A stretch of DNA of 64,000 nucleotides from a virus. The translations under genes were made by a program, and so were the position numbers. The stretch lies in IMG/VR virus record IMGVR_UViG_3300029982_000012. The stretch is one strand, 5' to 3'. Positions 30,711 through 40,572 of this stretch are shown here, piece after piece (position 1 is the first letter of the stretch; every line of letters begins with the position of its first letter). The notes under the pieces are model-generated. The model searched no databases, was not told where the DNA came from, and worked only from the letters and a program-made list of their open reading frames with translations.

Positions 30711-31223
30711 TTAAGGAAGAGAAACTGCGCCTGCTTCAGAATCGTTAGGAGCAGATTCATCAGTAACAGCGATACCTTTATAGGTAAGGTTGATCTTGCT
30801 GGTTGCACGAGATTGAAAATTATTCGAATTGGTATCAGGAAGACATCCAATAATTGTAGCCATAGAAGCTCCAGTTGGGTTTTCACGGTCAGCAACGGTA
30901 ATTGTAACTGGTCCCAAACCAAGTAATTGATTCAAGGTAGGGAATTGTCCAAGAGCTTTCACTCCGTATCCATAAACCCTAAAACCTGTACAAGCAACGT
31001 TAACTGCATTGTAGCTTACCAAAGTAATTTCATCTGGTGAATAACGTCCAAGAAGATGGATATCTTCAGAAGAAATACTTTCACTGATTTGACAAGAATC
31101 AAAAATACCAATTACGACTGGTCCAGATCCATTGTCAATCGATACAACTGATCGACCACCGGTAATAACTTTTGATGCTGCAGCGGAAATTCCGCCCCGT
31201 CCACTGTCATCTATAATTGCCAT
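30711..31223 (-). CDS. tail tube protein
   Basis: 170 aa directly after sheath; IGIFDSCQISES...HLLGRYSPDEI resembles SPO1-like tubes. Confidence 0.8.
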   Translation of the reverse strand: MAIIDDSGRGGISAAASKVITGGRSVVSIDNGSGPVVIGIFDSCQISESISSEDIHLLGRYSPDEITLVSYNAVNVACTGFRVYGYGVKALGQFPTLNQLLGLGPVTITVADRENPTGASMATIIGCLPDTNSNNFQSRATSKINLTYKGIAVTDESAPNDSEAGAVSLP

Positions 31224-31244
31224 AAACTATCTCCTTAAAATCTA

Positions 31245-33395
31245 TTATGAAGCAGATTGTGTAACTGCACTAAGAGCAAGATTGATTGCTACGAAGTAAA
31301 TGCTGGTTGTTAATTTTGCTTCCACATTCACATACATTGAGGGAGCCGTAATTTGGATACTTGCATTCTTGTATCCAAGTGGCGCATCACTTGAAGTGGT
31401 AGTCATTTTCAGTTTTTTGTAATAATCAAAACGTTGTTGCAGGAAACTTAAAGCTGAAGCAGCAGAAACGTCCGCTACAGACTTACCAACGATCGCAGTT
31501 TGGAAACTTTGTGCCAAGTCAAGAGATAAAATATCAGAAAGATAAACTGATTGAATTGAATTGTATACAAAGTTTTGGTCGAGTCCGTAAGTAGTTTGAT
31601 CTGATACCCAAAGAATGCCTGAAGTGTTTTGAGCAAGAACTAAAAGTCCTGCAGTCAAAGCATCAGAAACATCATCTGGATCACCAGAGTTATAACCAGC
31701 AGGATCTTGGAACGAAATTGCGTTCGTCAAATGATTGCAAATTGATTTGTAGAAACCTGCAGTCTGCATCCCAGCAGCCAAACAAGCAGCATACCAAGGC
31801 AAGAACAAGGTACTATTACCCAAAGAGTTAATTTGTGTAACTTGCTGACAAGTCAAATCACAACGATAACTTGCAAGTTCTTGAGCTTGAACTTTGCAAT
31901 TTGCATAAGTATCGTTGATCGATAAAATTGCAGTACGATTGCGTTTCAAAGTAGGAGTTGAATATTGAATACAATGAGATTTTAGCAATTCATTGATCGC
32001 ATTAATCGTATAGGTAGAAGATGGAGAAGTATTGCCAGCAGCGATGTCAGCAGTTGCATCTTGAGAAAATAAAGGAACAATAATGTTCACTTGAATTCCA
32101 GCAAATTGGGCAATTGCATTCACGATATCAGCAGCGAGAGTCGGTCCGAGCAATCCACCTGAAAGATAAGCAAGAGCAGCAGGATCTGGAAGACCAGCAA
32201 CTGCCGTTGAAGTAAAGTTAACCGCAGTAGAGGTTGAGAGAGCGGCTTCGAAAGCAGCAACAGAGTTTTTGATACGACCTGGCTGAACATCTGCGGTAGA
32301 AGCGATCCCAAGAGCAGTTACTTGATCTAAAGCAGAAGTAGGATTTGAATTTACTGAAGAATTGTAACTAGCCGAATAACCTGGTTGAGAATTAATGTAG
32401 GCCGCAAGTTGACCAATAGTGGTGAATTGATTTAATTCTATAGATAAATTTGCTCCAATTCCACCAGTTACAGTAGTAGTTAATGTAGTAGCATTAATGG
32501 TAACAGTTGCAGTTGTTCCTTCATAGCCCATAGAAAGAGCGATTACTGGAGAAATATTAAGAGTCTCATTAAGACCAGTGCTAGAATTAACGATTTGAAC
32601 TTCAACCGCTGGTTCATCCGAAGAAGTATAGAGACCTGAAGAAAATCCTAATGCAGCCAAATCACCTGGAGTCGAATCGATTAACTCAAACGATTTTCCG
32701 AATCCTTCGCTATAAGCAGCAGCATCGGCTGGAAGACTGATAGAAACAGTATTTGGAGCAGTTCCAGGAGCAGCAACTAAAGTTGTAGCCATTGCTGTGA
32801 AAGTAGCATTTAATGAAGTTACCAATGTCGCAACGTTAGTAATTGTTCCTGTAGGAGTAATTACTATGGAAGGACCACCATTTACCCGAACAGTAAAAGT
32901 AGCACCAGAAAGACCACTGTATGAAGTGATAGTATTTCCGGTAATGGTTGGAGCAACTTCAGCTTGAAGTGCGGTAGTGGTGTAACTATATTGATTTCCA
33001 CCGGATCCATAGTTTGAAGCAACTAATGTCCCATAAGTAGAAGCAGAATGGGTCAACATGAAAGCAGATGCTTCACGACCTCTATTTGTTTTACAGATAT
33101 AAATTGAAGATGGAGCACCGGTAATATCTGGATCATTGCTTGAAGCACATAAAGCTGCGAAACCATCAACGATTGGACCTGAACCATAAATACTTCTAAC
33201 GGTATTTAAGGCAGAAGGACCAAAAAAGTTATTGGCTAATGTTGTAACGGTATAATCAGGACCCGCACTAGCTTCGCCCATGATGAGGACGACACCTGAG
33301 GTAGCCAAGCCAGATGCATTTGAAATCACCTGAGTGTTGGTATAGGCACCTGGGACATTTGTGTTTAACCACGGAGTAACAATTCTTTGTGACAT
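31245..33395 (-). CDS. tail sheath protein
   Basis: 716 aa; N-terminal VPGAYT...LIMGEA..GP and C-terminal sheath pattern (DQTTY...NSIQ). Confidence 0.9.
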   Translation of the reverse strand: MSQRIVTPWLNTNVPGAYTNTQVISNASGLATSGVVLIMGEASAGPDYTVTTLANNFFGPSALNTVRSIYGSGPIVDGFAALCASSNDPDITGAPSSIYICKTNRGREASAFMLTHSASTYGTLVASNYGSGGNQYSYTTTALQAEVAPTITGNTITSYSGLSGATFTVRVNGGPSIVITPTGTITNVATLVTSLNATFTAMATTLVAAPGTAPNTVSISLPADAAAYSEGFGKSFELIDSTPGDLAALGFSSGLYTSSDEPAVEVQIVNSSTGLNETLNISPVIALSMGYEGTTATVTINATTLTTTVTGGIGANLSIELNQFTTIGQLAAYINSQPGYSASYNSSVNSNPTSALDQVTALGIASTADVQPGRIKNSVAAFEAALSTSTAVNFTSTAVAGLPDPAALAYLSGGLLGPTLAADIVNAIAQFAGIQVNIIVPLFSQDATADIAAGNTSPSSTYTINAINELLKSHCIQYSTPTLKRNRTAILSINDTYANCKVQAQELASYRCDLTCQQVTQINSLGNSTLFLPWYAACLAAGMQTAGFYKSICNHLTNAISFQDPAGYNSGDPDDVSDALTAGLLVLAQNTSGILWVSDQTTYGLDQNFVYNSIQSVYLSDILSLDLAQSFQTAIVGKSVADVSAASALSFLQQRFDYYKKLKMTTTSSDAPLGYKNASIQITAPSMYVNVEAKLTTSIYFVAINLALSAVTQSAS

Positions 33396-33410
33396 TTTTA
33401 ATATCTCCTA

Positions 33411-33692
33411 TTACTTAATCTTTTTAAGCCCGAAGTGAGCTAAGCCATTAGCAAAACTTTCTGGCGTATCCATATTGATTGCTTTTAAATGTAGCCAAAG
33501 CGCTTTTTCAATAGATTTGGCTTTTTGATATTTGGATTTATTTGCGGCCCAAAAAATACGAAAAGCTTCTCTCTTTTGATCTTCATTTAAAACTTTTGGA
33601 GTTGGCTTATAAAGCGAAGTTCTCCATTGACGGGCTTCTTCTAAGCTCATTTCGTCTGATTTAAATTCTTGTTGTTTCTTTTCCTTAGCCAT
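33411..33692 (-). CDS. hypothetical protein upstream of sheath
   Basis: 93 aa, operon-coupled. Confidence 0.55.
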   Translation of the reverse strand: MAKEKKQQEFKSDEMSLEEARQWRTSLYKPTPKVLNEDQKREAFRIFWAANKSKYQKAKSIEKALWLHLKAINMDTPESFANGLAHFGLKKIK

Positions 33693-33696
33693 CTTA

Positions 33697-34371
33697 TTAT
33701 CCTGGTAACTTTGGTTTTGACATTTGATGAATTTGATTCAAAGTAGCTTCATGAATACTTTTAGCGCCTTGTTTTGCTTCTGCCGCACCTTTAGGAGTAG
33801 AAAATTGTGCATTGCGAACCATATTTCCGGCTTCGCTCATTCCGCCACTACGACCGTTATTTCCGGTTTGATTAATACCAGTTTGATTTTGATTGCTTTC
33901 AGTTGTTGCGCGAACATTACCGGTTTTTCCACTCATTTTAGAAGCATCTTCACTGAGTACGCCTTTACGAGCTTCTTCACTTTTATCCATCTCTTTAGAC
34001 TTTTGACCTTTTTTGTGCTCCATGCGTCCCATAAACTTAGCCAGCTTAATGTGACCTCTCATTTGTGGCTCTGCATGTGCTGGATCTGAATTCTTCTCTT
34101 CATGTTCCTGAACATCTTGCTCTACTTTTTCACCAAGGTCCGCATCTGCTTTTGCATCAGGATTTTGCCCTTGTTCATCGGATTTATTCATTTTTGCTTT
34201 AATAGCGCCATCGATTTTGTCGGCACTCTCTTCAGAATAGCCTTCACGTTTCAATTTGGAATGAATTTTAGCCCAATCCCCTTTAGCTAGGCTAGAGGAT
34301 TTATAGAGTTCTTCGGCTTTTTTAAGAACTAAAACAGCCGCCTCTTGTGGAGTAAATTTTTTATCTGACAT
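33697..34371 (-). CDS. putative internal head protein
   Basis: Hydrophilic; repeated LYKSS/LAKGD/MNKSD/MDKSE sites; N-terminus paralogous to 35130-35453. Confidence 0.55.
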   Translation of the reverse strand: MSDKKFTPQEAAVLVLKKAEELYKSSSLAKGDWAKIHSKLKREGYSEESADKIDGAIKAKMNKSDEQGQNPDAKADADLGEKVEQDVQEHEEKNSDPAHAEPQMRGHIKLAKFMGRMEHKKGQKSKEMDKSEEARKGVLSEDASKMSGKTGNVRATTESNQNQTGINQTGNNGRSGGMSEAGNMVRNAQFSTPKGAAEAKQGAKSIHEATLNQIHQMSKPKLPG

Positions 34372-34406
34372 AGTGGGTCTCCATATAATATGTAAGATTG
34401 GTTAAA

Positions 34407-35124
34407 TCAATCTACAATAGTATTCATCTCTATTAACTTATTGTTTTTATTAATCTTTATTTTTTGCATATCCATAATTGTCTTTTTTCTATGATCTTCT
34501 TTCCAAAGAGGCTGCAAATTAGTGTAATGACATAAAGATTCCAGTTCTTCGATAGTTTTGGCCATAGCCAACGGTATTATATGGTCTATATCCCACAAAT
34601 CTCTATTTTCCCATGACATGTTACCCCTAAATAGCGACTGTATATAGCTAAATGCCTCTTCTATGGAACATCCAAGCATTTTAAGGGTTTTTTTGAGATT
34701 TATCTTTCCCCCTAAAAGCTGCTGAAGTTCGAGACCTTAAATTGGATTCAAAATTGAATAATTTATCATTCTTTCTACGATTTTTTATGTACTGACCCTG
34801 ATAGCTAACCCTTTCTTTTTTATGGTATAAGTAATAATCGTTCTGATAATCAATCCTTTGCTCCTTATGGGCTCCATAGTATTTATTGGCGTCTTCTTTT
34901 ATCTTTTGGGCATTTTCTAAACGCCAAGCTTTATGGTATTCTTTTTGTTTTTCTTTATGTAACTCTCTGTATTTCAATATCTTTTTTATATTTTTCTTGT
35001 AACTTTTCTTGCCGCTAATCTTTCTGCAAGGTTTACATCTATCCTGTAATCCGTTAGGACGAGTAGAATTATGGCCAAATTCTTGGTTTTCTTTAATTGA
35101 TTTACACTTATAGCATTTGGTCAT
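34407..35124 (-). pseudogene. HNH endonuclease split by a 1-nt frameshift in an A7 run
   Basis: Removing one A of CAAAAAAACCC (~34688-34694) joins ...KSQKTLKMLGCS...WDIDHIIPL...HYTNLQPLW. Confidence 0.75.
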
Positions 35125-35129
35125 ATATA

Positions 35130-35453
35130 TTATTTTTTGTTTTTTGCGTTTTTCAAAAAAAGTTCCAGTTTATCAATTCCATTATTATGATTGGATTCTG
35201 ATTTCCCCATTTTTCCATAAAACACGCTAGGCTTGTCCATCGCACCACCCAATTTCTTGGGTTTGGCCGTCTTTACAACCGCTTGGGATCCAACCTTCAT
35301 TGGACTGGCAGTGTTGCTGTTCGTAGGGCTTACAACCCCAGGAACCGGCGTTAATTGGGTTTGCTTTAAGCCGCCGATAGCAGATTTCACCAATTCTTCT
35401 GCTTTTTGTAGAACGATTACAGCCACTTCTTCTGGAGTGTATTGCTTAGGCAT
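35130..35453 (-). CDS. putative internal head protein
   Basis: MPKQYTPEEVAVIVLQKAEELVKSA; MGKSE. Confidence 0.5.
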   Translation of the reverse strand: MPKQYTPEEVAVIVLQKAEELVKSAIGGLKQTQLTPVPGVVSPTNSNTASPMKVGSQAVVKTAKPKKLGGAMDKPSVFYGKMGKSESNHNNGIDKLELFLKNAKNKK

Positions 35454-35469
35454 ATATCGATAAGATTAG

Positions 35470-36504
35470 TTATTCTTCATCCTTGTAAGCTATATCGGCT
35501 AATGTGCTCCAATTAACTGTATTCAAATCTTCAAATGTATCTGTTATATTGCTTATAATTTTAAGTCCACCAATATAACCTTCGCCTTCAGATACAGGAG
35601 TTCCATCTGGTTTGGTAGTAGAGGTGCCACCTTGACCCAAGACAGCAGTTTCAAGTAATCTATGTGGTTGATTGTACCATCTATTTTCCACTTGACCGGT
35701 AATCTCTATATCCCTAGACCATATTACTTGACCTGCGTCAGAATAATCTGGATTGGGATACATTTGACCACTTGAAATAAGACTTTCTGCGTAACCATCT
35801 TTTTCTAACAGTGCTTGGCGGTATCTAAGTAAAGAATAGGTTGTAATTGCATGAAGCCAAAGCAAAGTCTGTTGATCCATAGCATTGCAGGTAATTTTGT
35901 AGTTTTCCTTCATGAAGGTATGACTAATTCTAGTTTCATAGAATTGAAATTCTGAAAGGACGCCATATTTTGCTGCTGTTAGACTCAATCCTTTAAATAA
36001 ATTAATTGAATTATTCAAACCAATACTTTGAATCGAATAGCCAGTTCCTGTAGCAGGATCTACAAGAAGCATGCCAGGACTGATATTAGTAAAATCAATG
36101 GTAGAAGAGAAAGTAAATGCACCAGAAGTCGGATTATACGAGCCAGGAATCGGTTTGATTATATATGGGATTTGTTTATTGATATTATTTGGCATCAGTC
36201 TAACTTTTTCAACACTTAAGTCTCCCATGTGTTTCATGTCAGCTTTTTCATTGCTATTACCAATTTGAATTACTACACAAGGAAATTCCATTTTATCGTC
36301 CCTATTGGACATAAAAGTGTACACCCTATTATTGGCAAACCATTGCTTACATGATTCGATTTGGCTGCCGTAACGTTCACGCAGATATTGATTGGAAAGA
36401 GTGTCTCCTAATATATCGTCTAGAAGCCAAGGATTTTTTTGAATATCCTCAAGGCCTAGTTCGATTGCAGTGCGAATTCTTATATCGCCAAAAAATAAAG
36501 ACAT
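35470..36504 (-). CDS. putative tail terminator / neck protein
   Basis: Position between neck genes and sheath; FPCVVIQIG motif. Confidence 0.5.
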   Translation of the reverse strand: MSLFFGDIRIRTAIELGLEDIQKNPWLLDDILGDTLSNQYLRERYGSQIESCKQWFANNRVYTFMSNRDDKMEFPCVVIQIGNSNEKADMKHMGDLSVEKVRLMPNNINKQIPYIIKPIPGSYNPTSGAFTFSSTIDFTNISPGMLLVDPATGTGYSIQSIGLNNSINLFKGLSLTAAKYGVLSEFQFYETRISHTFMKENYKITCNAMDQQTLLWLHAITTYSLLRYRQALLEKDGYAESLISSGQMYPNPDYSDAGQVIWSRDIEITGQVENRWYNQPHRLLETAVLGQGGTSTTKPDGTPVSEGEGYIGGLKIISNITDTFEDLNTVNWSTLADIAYKDEE

Positions 36505-36506
36505 AA

Positions 36507-37307
36507 TTATCTACTTCCGTATTTAGACATCAAAGATGGTAAAATATCTTTTTCCCATCTATCTTCAGCCCATTTCTTCGCTTCTTCGAAGAACTTTTTA
36601 CCTTCTAGCCCTGGATGAATCCATTTACCGTCTTGACCTTCTTTAACGGTTCTAAAGGTTGTTATGCTTCTTTTTACGCTACCATCATCTTTTTTGGTTT
36701 GATAAATGGATAGCCCATGCAACACTGGAGTATTTCCTCTTCCTGGGATCCCACTCTCTATATCAAATGAATGTAATTTACCTATCCTTGGACTTCCTGT
36801 CTTCGGATCTATTTCTAATTTTTTGTAAGGAATATCTCTTTTTCTTAATTCAGATTTTACTTTCTTTATAAGTTCTTGTTGATATTTTAGTTTATCATCA
36901 TTACTACTTAATTCAGATGCTACCTTTCCCTGATCAAAAGCTACGATTCTGTATTTTTTACCATCCTTGCCAGTTTTAATTTCCCCTTTACTCCCAGGTT
37001 TTTTGGTATTCAAAAGACCCTTCTTCATATCGAAATTGTCAGGCAATCCTTTTTCAATCCACTCAGCATCTGCTTTTAAAGTAATCTCCCATAAATAGTC
37101 ATCAATTTTTTCGGCTTGAGATAGATTTTCTAAATAAATTTTACGGCTGGACTTTAATTTATTTTGTGCTTCCTCTACAATATGGGTTTGGGTATCTACT
37201 GCAAGTCCCTTTACTGATTTCTTTAAATCAGACACTACTTCTTTCTTGAAGTTTTCAAGAAATTGGGTAAGTGCCGATATATCTAAGGTGACTTTAAAAT
37301 CAGGCAT
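36507..37307 (-). CDS. putative neck/tail-completion protein
   Basis: FDMKKGLL...TFRTV...WIHPG pattern of myophage neck proteins. Confidence 0.55.
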   Translation of the reverse strand: MPDFKVTLDISALTQFLENFKKEVVSDLKKSVKGLAVDTQTHIVEEAQNKLKSSRKIYLENLSQAEKIDDYLWEITLKADAEWIEKGLPDNFDMKKGLLNTKKPGSKGEIKTGKDGKKYRIVAFDQGKVASELSSNDDKLKYQQELIKKVKSELRKRDIPYKKLEIDPKTGSPRIGKLHSFDIESGIPGRGNTPVLHGLSIYQTKKDDGSVKRSITTFRTVKEGQDGKWIHPGLEGKKFFEEAKKWAEDRWEKDILPSLMSKYGSR

Positions 37308-37308
37308 A

Positions 37309-37518
37309 TTAACCTTTTATAGGTACTCCATTTGGACCTAAGACTCTACCCTCTTTCATATCGATGAAACGGACTCGACCGTTTTCGTCCGTAATCTTCT
37401 TCTGGCCCTTTCCATTGACGCCACCCTCAGGAATAGGATTTGCGGCAAGATGAGTAGTGGTATGTTTTGCAGATAGTTTGCTAGCAGGAATGGGTCCGGC
37501 TAGCCCTGATTTTTTGGG
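37309..37518 (-). CDS. -1 frameshift extension of the mCpol protein (~65 aa, no own start codon)
   Basis: C CCA AAA slippery site; -1 frame KSGLAGPIPASK...GRVRFIDMKEGRVLGPNGVPIKG* ends 1 nt before the next ATG. Confidence 0.75.
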   Translation of the reverse strand, partial: PKKSGLAGPIPASKLSAKHTTTHLAANPIPEGGVNGKGQKKITDENGRVRFIDMKEGRVLGPNGVPIKG

Positions 37519-39539
37519 TCTGGGGCGGCACCCTCCATAGGAGCCGCTTTTTGTTGCATAGGTGCTGGTTTTGGAGGAGACTGTTGTTGAGCAGGCGCAG
37601 TAGGTGCAGGCGCTGAATTAGGAGATGTAGGCGATGGTTCAAGGCCTAGTAATTTACAAAGTTCAATCATTGATTTTAACATTTGAATACAAGAAGTGTA
37701 CAGGCCTTCATTTTGCTCTCTTGTGGCCTCCAACGATTGCTTATTGGCTTTAAATTGTTGAAGAGTTTGCGATACCATATTAACAACTTTTTCTCGTTGT
37801 ATCTGATCTTGATTGTCTTGTAATCCACCTTGCAGAACACCCATCATATCTGGTTGTTCATCACCACCTTGTGAATCGCCCATGACCTGTTCTTCTCCAG
37901 GCATAGGGCTATTAGGATCACTAACTGCTTGTGTATCTTGCTGAAAATCCTGATCTTGGTCTGAAATATTTTGTTTTTGTGCGTCTCCAAAATTCGACTT
38001 CACAGAAACATTGTCTTTCATTGCATCGCCTTGCGGCATCTCAGTATTATCTATTTGTCCGGCTTCCTGAGTAGGATCTGCATTTCCTTGACCAGGTTCT
38101 TGATCTAGTAAATTAAGTACTTCTTCAGCCGTTTCGTGTCCTTGCAAATTAGGGTCTTGTTGGCCATTTTGTGCTGGATCGCTTTCAACTGCATCTCCAT
38201 ACATTTCTTGACACTGAGGGCAATTTTCTGGGTGTTCTGCTCCCATGTCTTGAGCTTCTACATTTGATTGGTCCTGATCATACTCAGCACACCAAGGACA
38301 GTCACATGTGTCCTCGTGTTGTGGATTTGCTTGAGATCCAGTAATATTTTCTGTTTGACAATAAGGACAATCATCAATGTGACCGGTTTCTTGATTAGAC
38401 TGGTTGTATTCTTGACAAGCGGGGCAGTCATCGTGCATACCGGCAGTGCCGTCAGCATTTTCTTGTGCGTCAAGATCTTGACAAAAAGCGCAATCATCTG
38501 TACGGTCATCTTCATTATCGTGATTGTGTTCTTCAGCATCTTCATCGTTTTTATGGATATCGCAAAGCTTGCTTTTGTGTAAGTTACAATATTTTTCGGA
38601 TTTCTTATGATCCAGCATGTGGTTGTCCAAATGACGAGCAGTGGCGCTTATGGCCGATGCCTTTTCATGTAGCCCTTTTGCGTGGTCTTCATGTCTTTTT
38701 TGATTTCCTTGTCTCCACGCCTGTCTTTTTTCTGGATTTGCATTTATTTCTTTGTCCCTAGCCCAATCATCAGAACTTTCATGTCCAGTTTCAATAGGGG
38801 TTGTAGCAGTAGAGTAGGCTCTATGCATATCATGCATTGCCTGGTGCCCTTCTTGATGGGGGGTACCCCTACCTTCATTCCATGCAATTTTTTCATGTTG
38901 TCGTGCTAATCTAGAATGAGTAGGAGAATCCAGCCCCATCATTCCTTCATGGGTAAGTTTGGGCTTGCTATCCCCTAATTTAGGCCCTCTAGGTTTTTTG
39001 GTAGCAGTTTTCTTGTCCACCAATTGAGCATCCGCTTTATGTAAATTACATAGTCCCATAAGTTCACTCTTTTCCAGATAGGCCTCAGCAAGTTTATATT
39101 CCTCTTGTGTTGCCCTTTTTTCTCTGACTCTTCTTTTGGCTTTTTTAATATCTTCTTTGATATATTTATTGAAATAAACAATTCTATTTTTGCCACGAAG
39201 TTTCGCAACCAATAGGGCGGTGCCAGCCTCTGAAAGATTTTTCCCTACTCCAGCAGAAATAGTGTACCCAAATGATTTTTCGACACCGCTTCTTAATTCT
39301 TTTATTTTCTTTCTAGACTCTGGAGGAATAGCCATTGTAGCTTCATCTCCACCACCAGAAATTTTTGCTCCGTCATTTTGCTTGCACCAATGATCAATAT
39401 ATGCTTGGGCCGCATCAATACGGCCAGAAACTTTATGTAGTTCTTCAACATCGTTAGCAATTACGGCCCGACCTACTAGTTTTCCAATGCCATCACCATC
39501 GACAGCTATGTATAGCATCCCTGGCTTAATCTTTTCCAT
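37500..39539 (-). CDS. mCpol/GGDEF-like nucleotide cyclase domain fused to His-rich, CxxC-repeat and acidic regions; putative internal virion protein
   Basis: YIAVDGDGIG...ISGGGDE...TISAGVGKNLSEAGTALLVAKLRGKNRI in aa ~8-124. Confidence 0.75.
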   Translation of the reverse strand: MEKIKPGMLYIAVDGDGIGKLVGRAVIANDVEELHKVSGRIDAAQAYIDHWCKQNDGAKISGGGDEATMAIPPESRKKIKELRSGVEKSFGYTISAGVGKNLSEAGTALLVAKLRGKNRIVYFNKYIKEDIKKAKRRVREKRATQEEYKLAEAYLEKSELMGLCNLHKADAQLVDKKTATKKPRGPKLGDSKPKLTHEGMMGLDSPTHSRLARQHEKIAWNEGRGTPHQEGHQAMHDMHRAYSTATTPIETGHESSDDWARDKEINANPEKRQAWRQGNQKRHEDHAKGLHEKASAISATARHLDNHMLDHKKSEKYCNLHKSKLCDIHKNDEDAEEHNHDNEDDRTDDCAFCQDLDAQENADGTAGMHDDCPACQEYNQSNQETGHIDDCPYCQTENITGSQANPQHEDTCDCPWCAEYDQDQSNVEAQDMGAEHPENCPQCQEMYGDAVESDPAQNGQQDPNLQGHETAEEVLNLLDQEPGQGNADPTQEAGQIDNTEMPQGDAMKDNVSVKSNFGDAQKQNISDQDQDFQQDTQAVSDPNSPMPGEEQVMGDSQGGDEQPDMMGVLQGGLQDNQDQIQREKVVNMVSQTLQQFKANKQSLEATREQNEGLYTSCIQMLKSMIELCKLLGLEPSPTSPNSAPAPTAPAQQQSPPKPAPMQQKAAPMEGAAPDPKNQG

Positions 39540-40572
39540 TTGTTTTCCTCAAAGTGTCCAGGAGCATTTGAATATTTTCTTTATCCCAACCACGAGAAAA
39601 TCTTATCTGAATACTTTCTTCTGATTTCTTAATCCAAATTTTGCTATACTGATCTTGGCCATAGCACAAACAACAAGAAAAAGACCCTTGGCCAAAAATG
39701 GTTTGTCCGCAATCAGGGCAGTTGATAGTTTCGGATTTAGCAATTTCAATTCTATGTTCTTTTGGTTTTTTCTTTCGTTCCAAAAATGCTTTTAATGGAG
39801 AACCTTTTTCGGGAGACTCTTCTTTTTTGGCCATATCTTCTGCCTTAAAATCCAATTTTTTTTTAGGTGCTTCTGCAAAATTGGGCTCTTTATTATTTGC
39901 AATTGAATCGGCAACTTCCATGCCATTAGCCATTCCCTGGAAATACTCACCCGACTGCGCAGATTGATGGGCAATTTTTGTTACATCCGAAATCTGTTCA
40001 TTTTTCTTATGTTCTTTGGCTAAAGCTTCATTGAGCCTATCCATCATAAGTTTATTAAGAGCGTCTCTTTCAGAAATTTTATTCTCAACTACGCGACTAA
40101 CCAAAGAATGAAGTTCCATTCTTGCATCGATCAATTTTTGTATTTTGGCTTCAGCATGTTCCGTTGGCTCAATAGTCTCTTTTTCTAATTTTTCTAATTC
40201 GTAAAGTTCGAATGTAGATAGTAGGATGATACCAAGTCCAGGAATTGATCTATTTTGAAAACTGTAAACTAATTTATTGTTGTCATAGACAGATCCCGTA
40301 TAGTCATCGGCAGCATTCTTGTTTGCACTAACACGAGCGTTTTTGCCAAATGGAAGTTGAAGTTCTATACTGGTATTGAGTGGCATCGGTGTCAAAGCGC
40401 TAATGAGCAATGACATGACAAATCTTGGAACCACCTTCAACCCAATACGAATCTCTTCAGGGTCCAATACAGAATTGGATCCGATCTTGTATAGATCTGC
40501 AGATTTAGCTAAAGATTGTAGAAAATCTTCATCTAAAATCTTATTAAGAGATAGGTTGTGTATTGTTTGCAT
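39526..40572 (-). CDS. putative head-associated protein with C-terminal Zn ribbon
   Basis: CPDC...CCLC; LAKSA, IAKSE, IKKSE sites. Confidence 0.55.
   Translation of the reverse strand: MQTIHNLSLNKILDEDFLQSLAKSADLYKIGSNSVLDPEEIRIGLKVVPRFVMSLLISALTPMPLNTSIELQLPFGKNARVSANKNAADDYTGSVYDNNKLVYSFQNRSIPGLGIILLSTFELYELEKLEKETIEPTEHAEAKIQKLIDARMELHSLVSRVVENKISERDALNKLMMDRLNEALAKEHKKNEQISDVTKIAHQSAQSGEYFQGMANGMEVADSIANNKEPNFAEAPKKKLDFKAEDMAKKEESPEKGSPLKAFLERKKKPKEHRIEIAKSETINCPDCGQTIFGQGSFSCCLCYGQDQYSKIWIKKSEESIQIRFSRGWDKENIQMLLDTLRKTNGKD

Noticed and set aside
34681-34700. Programmed -1 frameshift at A AAA AAC in the split HNH
   Set aside because: Joining the halves needs +1 (or -2), not -1; a homopolymer indel or sequencing error is more likely.
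37355-37502. TAG read-through (or amber recoding) of the mCpol gene
   Set aside because: The in-frame continuation (PDPFLLANYLQNIPLLILPQ...) is not protein-like and stops short. The -1 frame has a slippery site and fills the gap exactly. Other genes are intact under the standard code.
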